Source: Alphaproteobacteria bacterium
GTDB lineage: Bacteria > Pseudomonadota > Alphaproteobacteria > UBA828
Assembly (NCBI GenBank): GCA_965220745.1
Contig: CBDCQT010000005.1
Location: 96,001 to 160,000 of the forward strand
Direction of reading: 5' to 3'
DNA length: 64,000 nucleotides
Every line of letters starts with the position of its first letter. The stretch's first letter is position 1. This document shows positions 46,527-56,616 of this stretch, in pieces. The notes under the pieces were generated by a model that searched no databases, was not told the origin of the DNA, and saw only the letters and a program-made list of their open reading frames with translations. The position numbers and the translations under genes are program-made.

Positions 46527-49500
46527 ATGGTAGCCGCCGCTCACACTTCGGAGCGCGGCACGCCCTTCAAACTCCGCTGTCTCTCCATCGACCTTGAGGT
46601 GAGCAAGGACGACGGCCGCATCCACGCCTTCGGCGCCGTGCGCGGAGATACCGACCAAGGGCATTCCGGCAGCGGATCGACAGCGGCTCTTGCGAAGCTC
46701 GACGACATTGCCGACGGCGCGTCCTTCGTTCTCGGCCACAACCTGATCGCCTTTGACCTGCCCCACCTTAGGTCAGCGAAGCCCGACCTGCGGCTGCTGT
46801 CTCTGCCAACGGTGGACACGCTGCGTCTCAGCCCCCTCGCGTTTCCCCGCAATCCCTATCACCACCTGGTCAAGCATTATCAGGACGGCGGCCTCAAACG
46901 AGGCCGGATCAACGACCCCGAACTCGACTCCCGTCTCGCGCTGGAGCTATTCCGCGACCAGCGGAAGGCACTGCGCCGAGCGAAGCCCGACCTGCTTGCG
47001 GCCTGGCATTGGCTGACGACGCCGGAGTTCGGGGGCGTAGACAGCGCTCTCGACGACCTCTTCGCCGAGATACGTGGCGCGCGTCGCCCCACAGACGCCG
47101 AGGCCCGCGCCGCGATGGGCCGCCTGCTTGACGGCTCGGCCTGCGCGACCCACGGACGGGGGGCCGTGGCGGCCGCAGCGAACGCGCACTGGCCGTTCGC
47201 CTACGCGCTGGCGTGGCTCTCGGTGGCCGGCGACAACTCGGTGGTGCCGCCCTGGGTGCGTCACCAGTTTCCGGATACCGGGCGCCTCGTGCACTGGCTC
47301 AGGGATGCGGCTTGTACCGACCCCGCCTGCGGCTGGTGCCGTGAGCGGCACGACGCCCGCAAGGAACTGAGGCGCTGGTTCAATTTCGACAATTTCCGTC
47401 CGGAACCGGAGCACGACGACGGCCGCCCGATGCAGCAGGCCATCGTGGAAGAGGCGATGGCGGGCCGGCACGCGCTCGGCATCCTGCCCACCGGCACGGG
47501 CAAGTCGCTCTGCTACCAGATCCCGGCGCTCTCCCGCTACGACAAGACCGGCGCGCTGACGGTGGTGATCTCGCCCCTGGTCGCGCTCATGGCGGACCAG
47601 GTGGCGGGGCTGGAAGCGCGCGGCATCGACTCCTGCGTGACGGTCAATGGTCTGCTGTCGATGCCCGAGCGAACCAAGGCGCTGGACCGGGTGCGGCTCG
47701 GGGACGCAAGCATGCTGCTCATCTCACCGGAGCAGCTTCGCAGCCGCTCACTGCGCCGGGTTCTGGACCAGCGCGAGATCGGCGGCTGGGTGCTCGACGA
47801 GGCTCACTGCCTGTCGCGCTGGGGCCACGACTTCCGGCCCGACTACCGCTACGTGAGCCGCTTCATCCGCGAGAAGGCCGGCAAAGAGCCGATCCCACCG
47901 CTTCTGTGTCTCACTGCGACCGCCAAGCCGGACGTGAAGGAGGACATTGCGCGGCACTTCCGCGAGAAACTCGGCATCGAGCTCACCATCTTCGATGGCG
48001 GCGCCGAGCGCGATAATCTCGACTTCACGGTGATCCAGACCACGGGCGGCGAGAAGTTCGCCCACATCAGTCAGGTGCTGGAGTCCCATCTGCCGCCGGA
48101 TACCCAGGGCGGCGCCATCGTCTATTGCGCGACGCGCCGGCGCAGCGAGGAGGTGGCGGAGTTCCTGCAACTGAAGGACGTGGCGGCCGAGCACTTCCAC
48201 GCCGGCCTCTCGCCGGAGATCAAGAAGGACGTGCAGCGGCGCTTCATCGGCGGGAAGCTGCGCGCGATCGCGGCGACCAATGCCTTCGGCATGGGCATCG
48301 ACAAGAAGGACGTGCGGCTGGTCATTCATGCGGACATTCCCGGCTCGCTGGAGAACTATCTGCAGGAGGCAGGCCGCGCCGGGCGGGACCGGAAGGCTGC
48401 GCGCTGCGTGCTGCTCTACGCGCCCGACGACGTGGAGCGCCAGTTCGGCATGTCGGCGCGCTCGCGGCTCACCCCACAGGAGATCCAGGGCGTGCTTCGG
48501 GCGCTCCGCAACCTCGACCGGAAGAAGCGCTATGGCGGCGACGTAGTGGCTACCGCCGGCGAAATCCTCGGCGAGGATGAGGAGCACGCCTTTGTCCGCG
48601 ATTCCGCCACCGACGACACCCGCGTGCGCACGGCCATCGCCTGGCTGGAAGAGGCCGAGCTGCTGAGCCGCGAGGAGAACGTGGTCCACGTTTTCCCTTC
48701 CTCGCTGCTGGTGGATTCGGTGGAGGAGGCCCGCGAGAGACTGGCGCGGGCGAACATCGCCGACGCCTATCGCCGCCAGTTGCTGCGCATCGCCACCGAG
48801 ATCATCCAGGCGGGCAAGGACGAGGGAATCACCACCGACGACCTGATGGCGGCCTCCGGGCTATCCCCCGAAGGCGTGCGCGGCGCCCTCTACGACCTCG
48901 AACGCTTCGGCATCGCCACCAACGAGACCGCGATCACTGCGTTCGTCCATGCCGGCATCGAGCGCTCGTCGCAGAAGCGGCTCAAACAAGCTGCAGAACT
49001 GGAGATCGCGCTGATCGCGCTGATGCGCGAAGCCGCGTCGGACCAAGGCAAGGGCGATACCGCCGTGCTGCATCTACGCGTCGCCGCGCAAGCTCTCCAG
49101 GACGCGGAGCTGGCCAATCCGCTGCCGGAGCGGCTCTGGCGCATCGTGCGCGGTATTGCCTACGACGGCCGCGGCGAGGACGGCGCCGCTGGCAGCCTCT
49201 CGGCGCGCAAGCTGGATGCAGAGACGGCGCGGATTACGCTGCGGCGCGAATGGGACAAGCTCGAAGAGACGGCACAGCTTCGGCGCGAGGCCGCCGGGCA
49301 AGTGCTGAAGCACCTGCTCGCCCGCCTACCGAAGGGACGCCAGGGCACCGACCTGCTGGCCGAGACCAGGCTCGGCAAGCTGCTGCAGGCGATCGAGGCC
49401 GACATCGCCCTCAAGGGCAAGGTCAGGTATCCCGAGAAGCTTCTCGACCGCGCGCTGATGTGGCTGCACGAGCTGGAGGTGATCCGCCTCAACAAGGGCC

Positions 49501-51671
49501 TTACGGTGTTCCGCTCGGCCATGACCGTTCGCCTTAAGCGGCGCGAGCAGCACAACTTCGTCAAGGCCGACTTCGAGGAGCTGGCGCGTCACTACGACGG
49601 ACAGGTCCTGCAGGTTCACGTGATGAAGAGCTTCGCCGAACGCGGTCTCGCCTCCATGCGGGACGCGATGGGGCTGGCGATGGACTATTTCACGCTGAAC
49701 GAGGGCGCGTTCCTCGACCGTTGGCTGCCGGGGCAGGACAAGGAGATCGGCCGCCAGACCACGCCCGACTCATGGCGGGTCATCGTCGAGAGCCTGGGCA
49801 ACCGCGACCAGCAAGATATCGTCACCGACACTCGTGAGCAGACCAACGTGCTGGTGCTGGCCGGGCCCGGCTCGGGCAAGACGCGGGTGTTGGTGCATCG
49901 CATCGCCTATCTCGTCCGCGTGCGGCGGGAGAATGCGCGCGGCATTCTCGCGCTCGCCTACAACCGCCACTCGGCAGTCGATATCCGGCGCCGCCTGCAC
50001 GCGCTCATCGGCGACGACGCGCGCGGCGTGACCGTGCTCACCTGCCACGGGCTCGCCATGCGCCTCGCGGGCGCCAGTTTCACCGGCCGGGCGGAGCAGC
50101 CCGACGACGAGGTATTCCGGGATGTGCTGCGCCGTGCGGTGGAGCTGCTGCGCGGCGAGGGCCTGCTGCCGGAAGAGGCGGACGAGCAGAGGGAGCGGCT
50201 TCTGGCCGGGTTCCGCTGGATCCTGGTGGACGAGTATCAGGACATCGGCCCGGTCCAATACGAACTGATCTCCGCCTTGGCCGGGCGCACGCGTGAGGAC
50301 GAGGCCGGCAAGCTCACGCTCTTCGCCGTCGGCGACGACGACCAGAACATCTACGCCTTCAACGGCGCCTCGGTGGAGTTCATCCGCCGCTTCGAGCAGG
50401 ACTACGGACCGAAGCCCCGCTATCTGGTCGGCAACTATCGCTCGACTGGCCACATCATCGCGGCAGCCAACGCTGTGATCGAGCCGGCACAGGACCGGAT
50501 GAAGTCCGGGCATCCCATCCACATCGACAAGGCGCGTGCGAAGGAGCCGCCGGGCGGCGCGTGGGAGGCTCTCGACCCGGTGGGGCGTGGGCGAGTCAGT
50601 ATTCTGCCGGGAGGCCGCGATCCGATCACGCAGGCTCAGGTCGTGATGGGGGAGCTGCTGCGCCTGAAATCCCTGCCGTCTTCCAACCTCGACTGGTCGC
50701 GGAGCGCGGTAATCGCGCGTGAGTGGAAATATCTGGAGCCGGTACGCGCGTTCTGCGAAACGCACGACATCCCGGTGCAGATGGCCAACGAGGAAATCCC
50801 GAATTTCTGGCGCCTGCGGGAGACCCGCAGGTTCGTCGATTGGCTGCGCGCACGGGAGCCCCGCGTCGTCGACGGTGCAGCTCTACACGGGTGGGCCGAG
50901 GCCCGCCCGTCCGGTCCCTGGTACGACCTGCTGCGGCATGCCATTGAGGAGCACACGTTAGAGACCGGCGGCGGAGATGTGCCGGTGAGCCATGTCATCG
51001 AATGGTTGGCCGAGTGGGGTCGGGAGATTCGCCGACGCCAGCACGGGCTTCTGCTGCTGGCCGGCCACCGCGCCAAGGGGCTCGAGTTTGACCATGTCGT
51101 CGTCCTGGACGGCGCCTGGGATCGGGTGGGGCACCGCGAGGACCCGGACGCACCGCGCCGGCTCTATTACGTCGCCATGACCCGCGCGCGGCAGACCCTC
51201 GCGCTCGCGCGCTTCGACGGCGCGCACCCCCTGCAGAACGCGCTGCGCGACCATCCCTCGGTGATGTGGTGCCAGCCGAACGCGCTACCGCCTGCTTCGC
51301 CCGAGCTCCTGTATCGCCACGTGCGGGCCACGCTTGAGGACGTAGACCTCGGCTTCGCCGGGCGCCGGAGCGAGCGTGATCCGATCCACCGCGCCATCGC
51401 CACGCTCAAGCCCGGCGATTCGCTGGAGACGCGCATCACGAAACAGGGGCACTGGGAATTGCTGAGCCCAACGGGCTCGCGGGTGGGGTGCCTTGCCAAG
51501 AGCTTCAAGCCACCCGCCGCCGTGCGCTGCCGCTCCGCAGAGGTACTGGCCGTCATCGGCTGGAGCCGCGGGGCATCGGAGCCCAAGTACCACGACAGCA
51601 TCCGATGCGATGCCTGGGAGGTGGTGGTGCCGGAACTCGTATTCGAGCCCGCGACGCCAATACTTGGATGA
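46527..51671 (+). CDS. Large fusion: DEDD exonuclease-like + RecQ helicase + UvrD-like helicase
   Basis: Exonuclease motifs IDLE, GHNLIAFD and DTL; CxxxxCxxC; RecQ motifs PTGTGKS, DEAHC..WGHDFRPDY, TATA and QEAGRAGRD; UvrD motifs AGPGSGKT, DEYQD, GDDDQ, NYRS, HRAKGLEF and YVAMTRA. Confidence 0.92.
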   Translation: MVAAAHTSERGTPFKLRCLSIDLEVSKDDGRIHAFGAVRGDTDQGHSGSGSTAALAKLDDIADGASFVLGHNLIAFDLPHLRSAKPDLRLLSLPTVDTLRLSPLAFPRNPYHHLVKHYQDGGLKRGRINDPELDSRLALELFRDQRKALRRAKPDLLAAWHWLTTPEFGGVDSALDDLFAEIRGARRPTDAEARAAMGRLLDGSACATHGRGAVAAAANAHWPFAYALAWLSVAGDNSVVPPWVRHQFPDTGRLVHWLRDAACTDPACGWCRERHDARKELRRWFNFDNFRPEPEHDDGRPMQQAIVEEAMAGRHALGILPTGTGKSLCYQIPALSRYDKTGALTVVISPLVALMADQVAGLEARGIDSCVTVNGLLSMPERTKALDRVRLGDASMLLISPEQLRSRSLRRVLDQREIGGWVLDEAHCLSRWGHDFRPDYRYVSRFIREKAGKEPIPPLLCLTATAKPDVKEDIARHFREKLGIELTIFDGGAERDNLDFTVIQTTGGEKFAHISQVLESHLPPDTQGGAIVYCATRRRSEEVAEFLQLKDVAAEHFHAGLSPEIKKDVQRRFIGGKLRAIAATNAFGMGIDKKDVRLVIHADIPGSLENYLQEAGRAGRDRKAARCVLLYAPDDVERQFGMSARSRLTPQEIQGVLRALRNLDRKKRYGGDVVATAGEILGEDEEHAFVRDSATDDTRVRTAIAWLEEAELLSREENVVHVFPSSLLVDSVEEARERLARANIADAYRRQLLRIATEIIQAGKDEGITTDDLMAASGLSPEGVRGALYDLERFGIATNETAITAFVHAGIERSSQKRLKQAAELEIALIALMREAASDQGKGDTAVLHLRVAAQALQDAELANPLPERLWRIVRGIAYDGRGEDGAAGSLSARKLDAETARITLRREWDKLEETAQLRREAAGQVLKHLLARLPKGRQGTDLLAETRLGKLLQAIEADIALKGKVRYPEKLLDRALMWLHELEVIRLNKGLTVFRSAMTVRLKRREQHNFVKADFEELARHYDGQVLQVHVMKSFAERGLASMRDAMGLAMDYFTLNEGAFLDRWLPGQDKEIGRQTTPDSWRVIVESLGNRDQQDIVTDTREQTNVLVLAGPGSGKTRVLVHRIAYLVRVRRENARGILALAYNRHSAVDIRRRLHALIGDDARGVTVLTCHGLAMRLAGASFTGRAEQPDDEVFRDVLRRAVELLRGEGLLPEEADEQRERLLAGFRWILVDEYQDIGPVQYELISALAGRTREDEAGKLTLFAVGDDDQNIYAFNGASVEFIRRFEQDYGPKPRYLVGNYRSTGHIIAAANAVIEPAQDRMKSGHPIHIDKARAKEPPGGAWEALDPVGRGRVSILPGGRDPITQAQVVMGELLRLKSLPSSNLDWSRSAVIAREWKYLEPVRAFCETHDIPVQMANEEIPNFWRLRETRRFVDWLRAREPRVVDGAALHGWAEARPSGPWYDLLRHAIEEHTLETGGGDVPVSHVIEWLAEWGREIRRRQHGLLLLAGHRAKGLEFDHVVVLDGAWDRVGHREDPDAPRRLYYVAMTRARQTLALARFDGAHPLQNALRDHPSVMWCQPNALPPASPELLYRHVRATLEDVDLGFAGRRSERDPIHRAIATLKPGDSLETRITKQGHWELLSPTGSRVGCLAKSFKPPAAVRCRSAEVLAVIGWSRGASEPKYHDSIRCDAWEVVVPELVFEPATPILG

Positions 51672-51696
51672 GAGGTTGTCTTGCTTGACGCGCTGC

Positions 51697-51939
51697 ATGC
51701 CGCTCTGGCGCTCCGCGCGCAGGGAAGCTCGGTTCACGGACGCACATCCGCATGACCTGCGCCACTCGTTCGCAAGCCACGCGGTGCTGCAAGGCCTCCC
51801 GTTGCAGGTCGTCTCCTGCATGCTCGGCCACAGGTGGCCGAGCTTGCCACTGTGGCACGCCCGTGTCGGCGACTGCGAGACCGAAGCAGCAGGAGAATGC
51901 ATCGGGATGGCGATCACAATGGCGTTGGATGGCATTTAA
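51697..51939 (+). pseudogene. Degenerate C-terminal fragment of a tyrosine integrase (paralog of 33581-34738)
   Basis: HDLRHSFASHAV..G.P..VVS.MLGH is collinear with the copy-2 C-terminus; the catalytic Tyr is replaced (PLWH versus TLRY). Confidence 0.8.
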
Positions 51940-52243
51940 TTTGGAGATGCCAAGCGCGGCCGCGAAAGCGTGCCCGGTTGGGCTCATGTAGCAGGCGGTG
52001 GAACTGACGGGTTTCGTGACACGTAGCTTGGTCGCTTGGGTCGCGACGGCCTGCCTGTCTTATGTAAGAGAGGAGAACGCCGGCGCCATCAATCAGTTGG
52101 TCTTGGGCGACTTTGCCGAAGCGGAAGGAGACCGGCGGTCAGCCTTGCCAAGCAAGGTCGCCTCCACCATTGTCGGATCAAGCCACGAGGAACGTGGTGT
52201 CACAATCGCCTAGCTTGGTCCCGGTAACATCAGCGGATGAACC

Positions 52244-53980
52244 TTGGAGAGCTTTCTTGATCTCGGCGAGTGGCTTGTCGTCGCCATCCTTGAATTCGCC
52301 TATCTGCTCACGGGCGATGAAGCTGCGCCAGGATGGGTATCGCTCGGGCTGATAACTCTGCTGGCCGTCTTGTTCGTCTGGCATGGGCATTCCATGCGGC
52401 GATTCCGTCGGGCAGTTGCCGGCGCCCGACAGATACTCAACGTCCAATATGGTCGAAAGATTACGGGCGATCATCTGATAAAAGTTGATCGTGAATTCGA
52501 GCAATTCCAGGCGCGGTCTGGACCGCGAAGCCGTTTGGCAACTGCTTGGAGAGAGTTTAGGGAAACAACCATTACCCCTGAGCGCGACGAAGATGCATTG
52601 GCAAATACGGAGCGCCCAGTAACGTTTTTCAATCGCGAAGAGCTTGGTGTGGATGGCGGAGTATGGAGGTATGTTCCGACGTTCTTTGTCTCTATAGGAC
52701 TGCTTCTAACATTTCTCGGCTTAGTGGCCGCTCTGCACCAAACAGGTCAAATACTGGACGCAGCACCCGCCGACGGCGAAACCACGACCGAAGGATTGAG
52801 GACTCTTCTCAATATTGCTGGCGCAAAATTTATTATGTCGTTGACGGGATTGTTTTGTTCGATTGTTTTCACTATGATGCTACGTTATTCTGGAAAAAGA
52901 ACAGACAAGACACTACACGGATTGTGCGCAGATATAGAGGATGGCTGTGTTTTCTTGAGCGAGCAAAGAGTGATGCGACAAATGTTAGAGCAAGCAAAGG
53001 AGCAAACAAGCCAATTACAATCGTTCAGCACGGAATTGGTAGCGCAGATCGCGAAGCCGCTTCAGGACGACTTGCCGAGGACGATCCGGGAGTCGATCCA
53101 GGAGGCTATCGCACCAGCGATGGAAAAGATATCGGGAAGTACGAGTCAGGGAATCACACGCCTAGCCGGGGACGTAAGCGAGAAGCTTGCGAGTGGAATT
53201 CAGGATTCTGTACAAGCTATGGGCGGTGCCATCGACGAGATTCGCCAGAGTCTTGAAGAAGTCACCAGCCGGTTAGACCAATCAACGAAAACGATCCAGA
53301 CGCTGACGCAAAGCGTTCAGGAGAGCGCGACGAAGGCAGCCGAAGCAAGTGGACGGGAGATCCAATTCTCCGGTCGTCAAGTGGCGGACGCGATGCGTCT
53401 CAACCTTCTGGATCCGGTCAATCACCTAGCCGAGAGGGTCGAGGGTCTCTCTGCCCAGGTCGAGGCGGCCACGGAACAGCTTGAAAAGTATGCGGGCGCT
53501 GTAGGCGGGAGCACCGCCGTCGTGCAATCAGCCAATGAAGAACTCGGGCGATCGACGGAAGCGTTGGTCGAGGCGGCCGATCCTGTACGTGGCGCCGTCG
53601 TCGGGATCGAGGCCGCGAGCCGTTCGATGGGTGATCGGGTGGAGGCGGCTTCCGAGGCTATGCAGTCCACGACGAAGCAGACGGAAGCCATAATGCGTGG
53701 CGCACAAGAGGCAATCGATGCGTCACAGAACGCGGTACAGGAAGGGCTCGACTCCTTCGAGAGCGCTGTGGGGCAATTCAAGGAGATTATTGAGCGCTAT
53801 AAGGAGATTGACCGCAACCTCGGCGACGCCTTCGAAGAGATCGAGGGAGCCGTTCAAGTCAGCATCAGGGAGATCGGGACGTTCCAACGCACAGTGAACG
53901 AGGAATTTGGAAAGGCGCTCAACCGGCTCCAGGCCGTAATCGCCCAAGCCGAACCGTTTACGCCACGCGCAGACGAGTAG
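52244..53980 (+). CDS. zorA: Zorya ZorA (MotA-like TM region + long helical tail)
   Basis: TM motifs VPTFFVSIGLLLTFLGL and AKFIMSLTGLFCSI, then a long MCP-like helical tail; first gene of a four-gene operon. Confidence 0.9.
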   Translation: MESFLDLGEWLVVAILEFAYLLTGDEAAPGWVSLGLITLLAVLFVWHGHSMRRFRRAVAGARQILNVQYGRKITGDHLIKVDREFEQFQARSGPRSRLATAWREFRETTITPERDEDALANTERPVTFFNREELGVDGGVWRYVPTFFVSIGLLLTFLGLVAALHQTGQILDAAPADGETTTEGLRTLLNIAGAKFIMSLTGLFCSIVFTMMLRYSGKRTDKTLHGLCADIEDGCVFLSEQRVMRQMLEQAKEQTSQLQSFSTELVAQIAKPLQDDLPRTIRESIQEAIAPAMEKISGSTSQGITRLAGDVSEKLASGIQDSVQAMGGAIDEIRQSLEEVTSRLDQSTKTIQTLTQSVQESATKAAEASGREIQFSGRQVADAMRLNLLDPVNHLAERVEGLSAQVEAATEQLEKYAGAVGGSTAVVQSANEELGRSTEALVEAADPVRGAVVGIEAASRSMGDRVEAASEAMQSTTKQTEAIMRGAQEAIDASQNAVQEGLDSFESAVGQFKEIIERYKEIDRNLGDAFEEIEGAVQVSIREIGTFQRTVNEEFGKALNRLQAVIAQAEPFTPRADE

Positions 53981-53986
53981 TCCACG

Positions 53987-55246
53987 ATGGCGGCCGTCTT
54001 CCCACGCAATCGGGCCCGCGAGGAGGAAGGCGAATCCGTCTTCGTTTCGATGACGGATCTGACTGTGTCGTTCCTGTTCATAATTCTGATTCTTCTGGCC
54101 TTCTTTGCAACCCAATACAAGCCAGAGGAAACGGTTTCGCGGGACGAGTACGACATTCTCATCGTACAACTCTCCAACGCTCGCGACGCGATTGAGCGGC
54201 TGGAAGAAGAACTCTCAACCGCCCAAGAGTATATCGACGATCTCGAGCAAGAGCGACGCCAATATAAAGCCCGCCTCGTCGAGAGAGGCCGGATAATCTC
54301 TGAGTTGCGTATGGAGATCAGTACGCTAAGGGGAAATCTCGCTCTACTTCGTGCCTCGGAAAACGCGCTACGAGAAAGACTCGAAGAGCTAGCACCGGAT
54401 AGAGCGCCGGAGGGCAGCTTTGAAGATGTATCGGCTGAGCGGGACGCCGCCCATAGGCGTGCAGAGGCACTTGCGGTCGAAATCACTCGCCTGAATGTGG
54501 CCGTCGCAACTCTAGAGAGCGAAATCGCGCGATTGCTGGAACGCATCGCTGAGCTGACAACACCGGACCCTCTTGCTGCCTACCTCGAGAGCGCGGCATC
54601 CGCACGAGCGGACTTGCTGAAACGATTGGCGGAGCGAATTCAAGAGCAACTTCCTGGCATCCGCGTGACGGTCGTGGCCGCCGATGGTGTGATTCGTTTC
54701 CGCGGCGACGACCTGTTTGCGTCCGGGCAATGGCGCGTCCACAGCGGCAGTACGGCCGAGCGGGTCGCGCGGGCGGTAGCGGACGCACTGGCCGATACGC
54801 TTCCCTGCTACACGGTGGGTACCCGCGCTGCGTTCGATACGACATGTAACAGTGCCTTCGCCGCCATCGAGACAATTCAAATCGAAGGTCATACCGACGA
54901 CACACCCCTCAGCATCGGACTTCGAGAGCGAGAGCGGATGCTGGACAACCGTGACCTCTCCGCGCGCCGAGGTGCCGAGACCCTGCGCGCCGCGACCGAT
55001 CGATACCGGCCCGAGCTGCTGGAATTCCGCAATTTGGAGGGACAGCCGGTTCTGTCCTTCGCCGGTTATGGCGCCATGCGGCCCGTCGCTCACGGCGACA
55101 CGTCCACGGCGAAAGCCGCGAACCGGCGGATCGACATCCGATTCATTCTTCAGACCCCGCAGAACCTACGCGAGGTCGAAGAGATACGGTCGCGGCTTGT
55201 AGACAACCACCCGAAGCTGCCTGCGGTCGAGGACATGAGACCCTGA
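53987..55246 (+). CDS. zorB: Zorya ZorB (MotB/OmpA-like)
   Basis: SMTDL (ion-binding Asp) + TM helix; OmpA-like motifs IEGHTD, NRDLSARR, GYG and NRRIDIRF. Confidence 0.92.
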   Translation: MAAVFPRNRAREEEGESVFVSMTDLTVSFLFIILILLAFFATQYKPEETVSRDEYDILIVQLSNARDAIERLEEELSTAQEYIDDLEQERRQYKARLVERGRIISELRMEISTLRGNLALLRASENALRERLEELAPDRAPEGSFEDVSAERDAAHRRAEALAVEITRLNVAVATLESEIARLLERIAELTTPDPLAAYLESAASARADLLKRLAERIQEQLPGIRVTVVAADGVIRFRGDDLFASGQWRVHSGSTAERVARAVADALADTLPCYTVGTRAAFDTTCNSAFAAIETIQIEGHTDDTPLSIGLRERERMLDNRDLSARRGAETLRAATDRYRPELLEFRNLEGQPVLSFAGYGAMRPVAHGDTSTAKAANRRIDIRFILQTPQNLREVEEIRSRLVDNHPKLPAVEDMRP

Positions 55247-56616
55247 TGACTTCGACTTCATTATCAGAGCTCGTGAGAAACCGGCGCCCTATTTCGCTGC
55301 TCCGGATGCCTACGAAGCCCGATCATGTATGCCAAGCGTCCGAGACGATCCACCGCCGCTGGCGAGATACGGAGATCGAAGAGACGAAGGAGAACCCTGA
55401 GGCATTGGCTCTGGAAATGGACCATCGACGCAGAAGGGACGACTGGGAGTGCTTCTATTGGGCGGACGCGACGCGTACCGCACTCGCCTTTCTCGGTACC
55501 GGTCTGTGGCGGGAAAAGCGGTTCGCACTGCTACTTGACTTGCTTCTCAATCAAGTCGGCCCCGGCGGAAACCGCGTCTACACTCGTGCCATGTTCCGCA
55601 AGTACCTCGAAACATTCGATCAACGATCCGCTCTGACACGCCGGTTCGCCGAACGGCTGGCCCGCGCCTTCGAGGATGACGCGTTGCGTGTGGCGGATAT
55701 GCCAATCGGACCATTGGTTCATCACCTCCATGTTTTCGATGTCGATTTCGCCCCCCAGGCGATCGCCGCCCACATGGAGACGCACGCGCCGCCTTTTCGC
55801 GCTTTGCGAGAGGCGGGTGTGGAAGCCCCGCACGGAGATGGGCTCATGCAGCGGGCGCATCGGTTGTTCGTCCAGGCGTTGGCGCCACGGATCAAGAACG
55901 GGGACTTCACCGCCGCCGAAACTCTGCTCGAGTGGCTCAATCCACCCGAGGTCGAGACTTCTCTTCAGGGTGGTGCGGGCGACGCTCTCAATGCTCTCTT
56001 GTTACCGTGGCACACACGTGACCCTGACGAACAGCTCAAGAGCACGATCAAGTCCCGTCTAGTTGATGCTTATGGTGACCCACGCACCGAAACTACAGGT
56101 GCGTGGGCCGCATGCTCAGGTGACGCGCGTCGCGTGATTCTGAAATGGCTGGTAGGCGCGACAATTAGGGTGTTTTTCGACATCGTTACCCGAGCAGATC
56201 GCACGCATATGTGGACTAATCGCAAGAGGCTCTGGATCGATCTTGATGAAGAGGATCGCATCACGGAAGCGTGGTTCGCTCTGAGCCGCGCAGGTGCGAG
56301 TATCGCACGAGATTTGGCCAGAAAGCGGGATGACCCTAGTCTTGAGAAATTCTCTAAAAATGACTCCCGGAATGCAAGTGATCGCAACAAATGCCTGTTA
56401 ATAATGAAGATTGACGGACAGTGGGTGGTTGAAGGATCGCATAATTTTAAAACCCATGTTTTCTCACGCAGAGATCAGTTATCTGTGACGCCGTATGAGC
56501 CTTCGTACACTTGTGAACAATTCCGCGAGATACGAGGGAAGAACGAGCCTAAGCGTTTTGGACATTGGAGCATAAGCGCATGGCGCGATAACGTTTTGAT
56601 GGCGCTCCAAGAATGA
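55246..56616 (+). CDS. zorC: Zorya ZorC (EH-signature domain)
   Basis: Motifs YGDPR, R..W, VVEGSHN and terminal H....W; translationally coupled to zorB (TGATG). Confidence 0.85.
   Translation: MTSTSLSELVRNRRPISLLRMPTKPDHVCQASETIHRRWRDTEIEETKENPEALALEMDHRRRRDDWECFYWADATRTALAFLGTGLWREKRFALLLDLLLNQVGPGGNRVYTRAMFRKYLETFDQRSALTRRFAERLARAFEDDALRVADMPIGPLVHHLHVFDVDFAPQAIAAHMETHAPPFRALREAGVEAPHGDGLMQRAHRLFVQALAPRIKNGDFTAAETLLEWLNPPEVETSLQGGAGDALNALLLPWHTRDPDEQLKSTIKSRLVDAYGDPRTETTGAWAACSGDARRVILKWLVGATIRVFFDIVTRADRTHMWTNRKRLWIDLDEEDRITEAWFALSRAGASIARDLARKRDDPSLEKFSKNDSRNASDRNKCLLIMKIDGQWVVEGSHNFKTHVFSRRDQLSVTPYEPSYTCEQFREIRGKNEPKRFGHWSISAWRDNVLMALQE

Noticed and set aside
46402-46533. Short frame LAFVSPDII...P...W resembling the tail of large serine recombinases
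   Set aside because: The similarity is too short and degenerate to support without a search.
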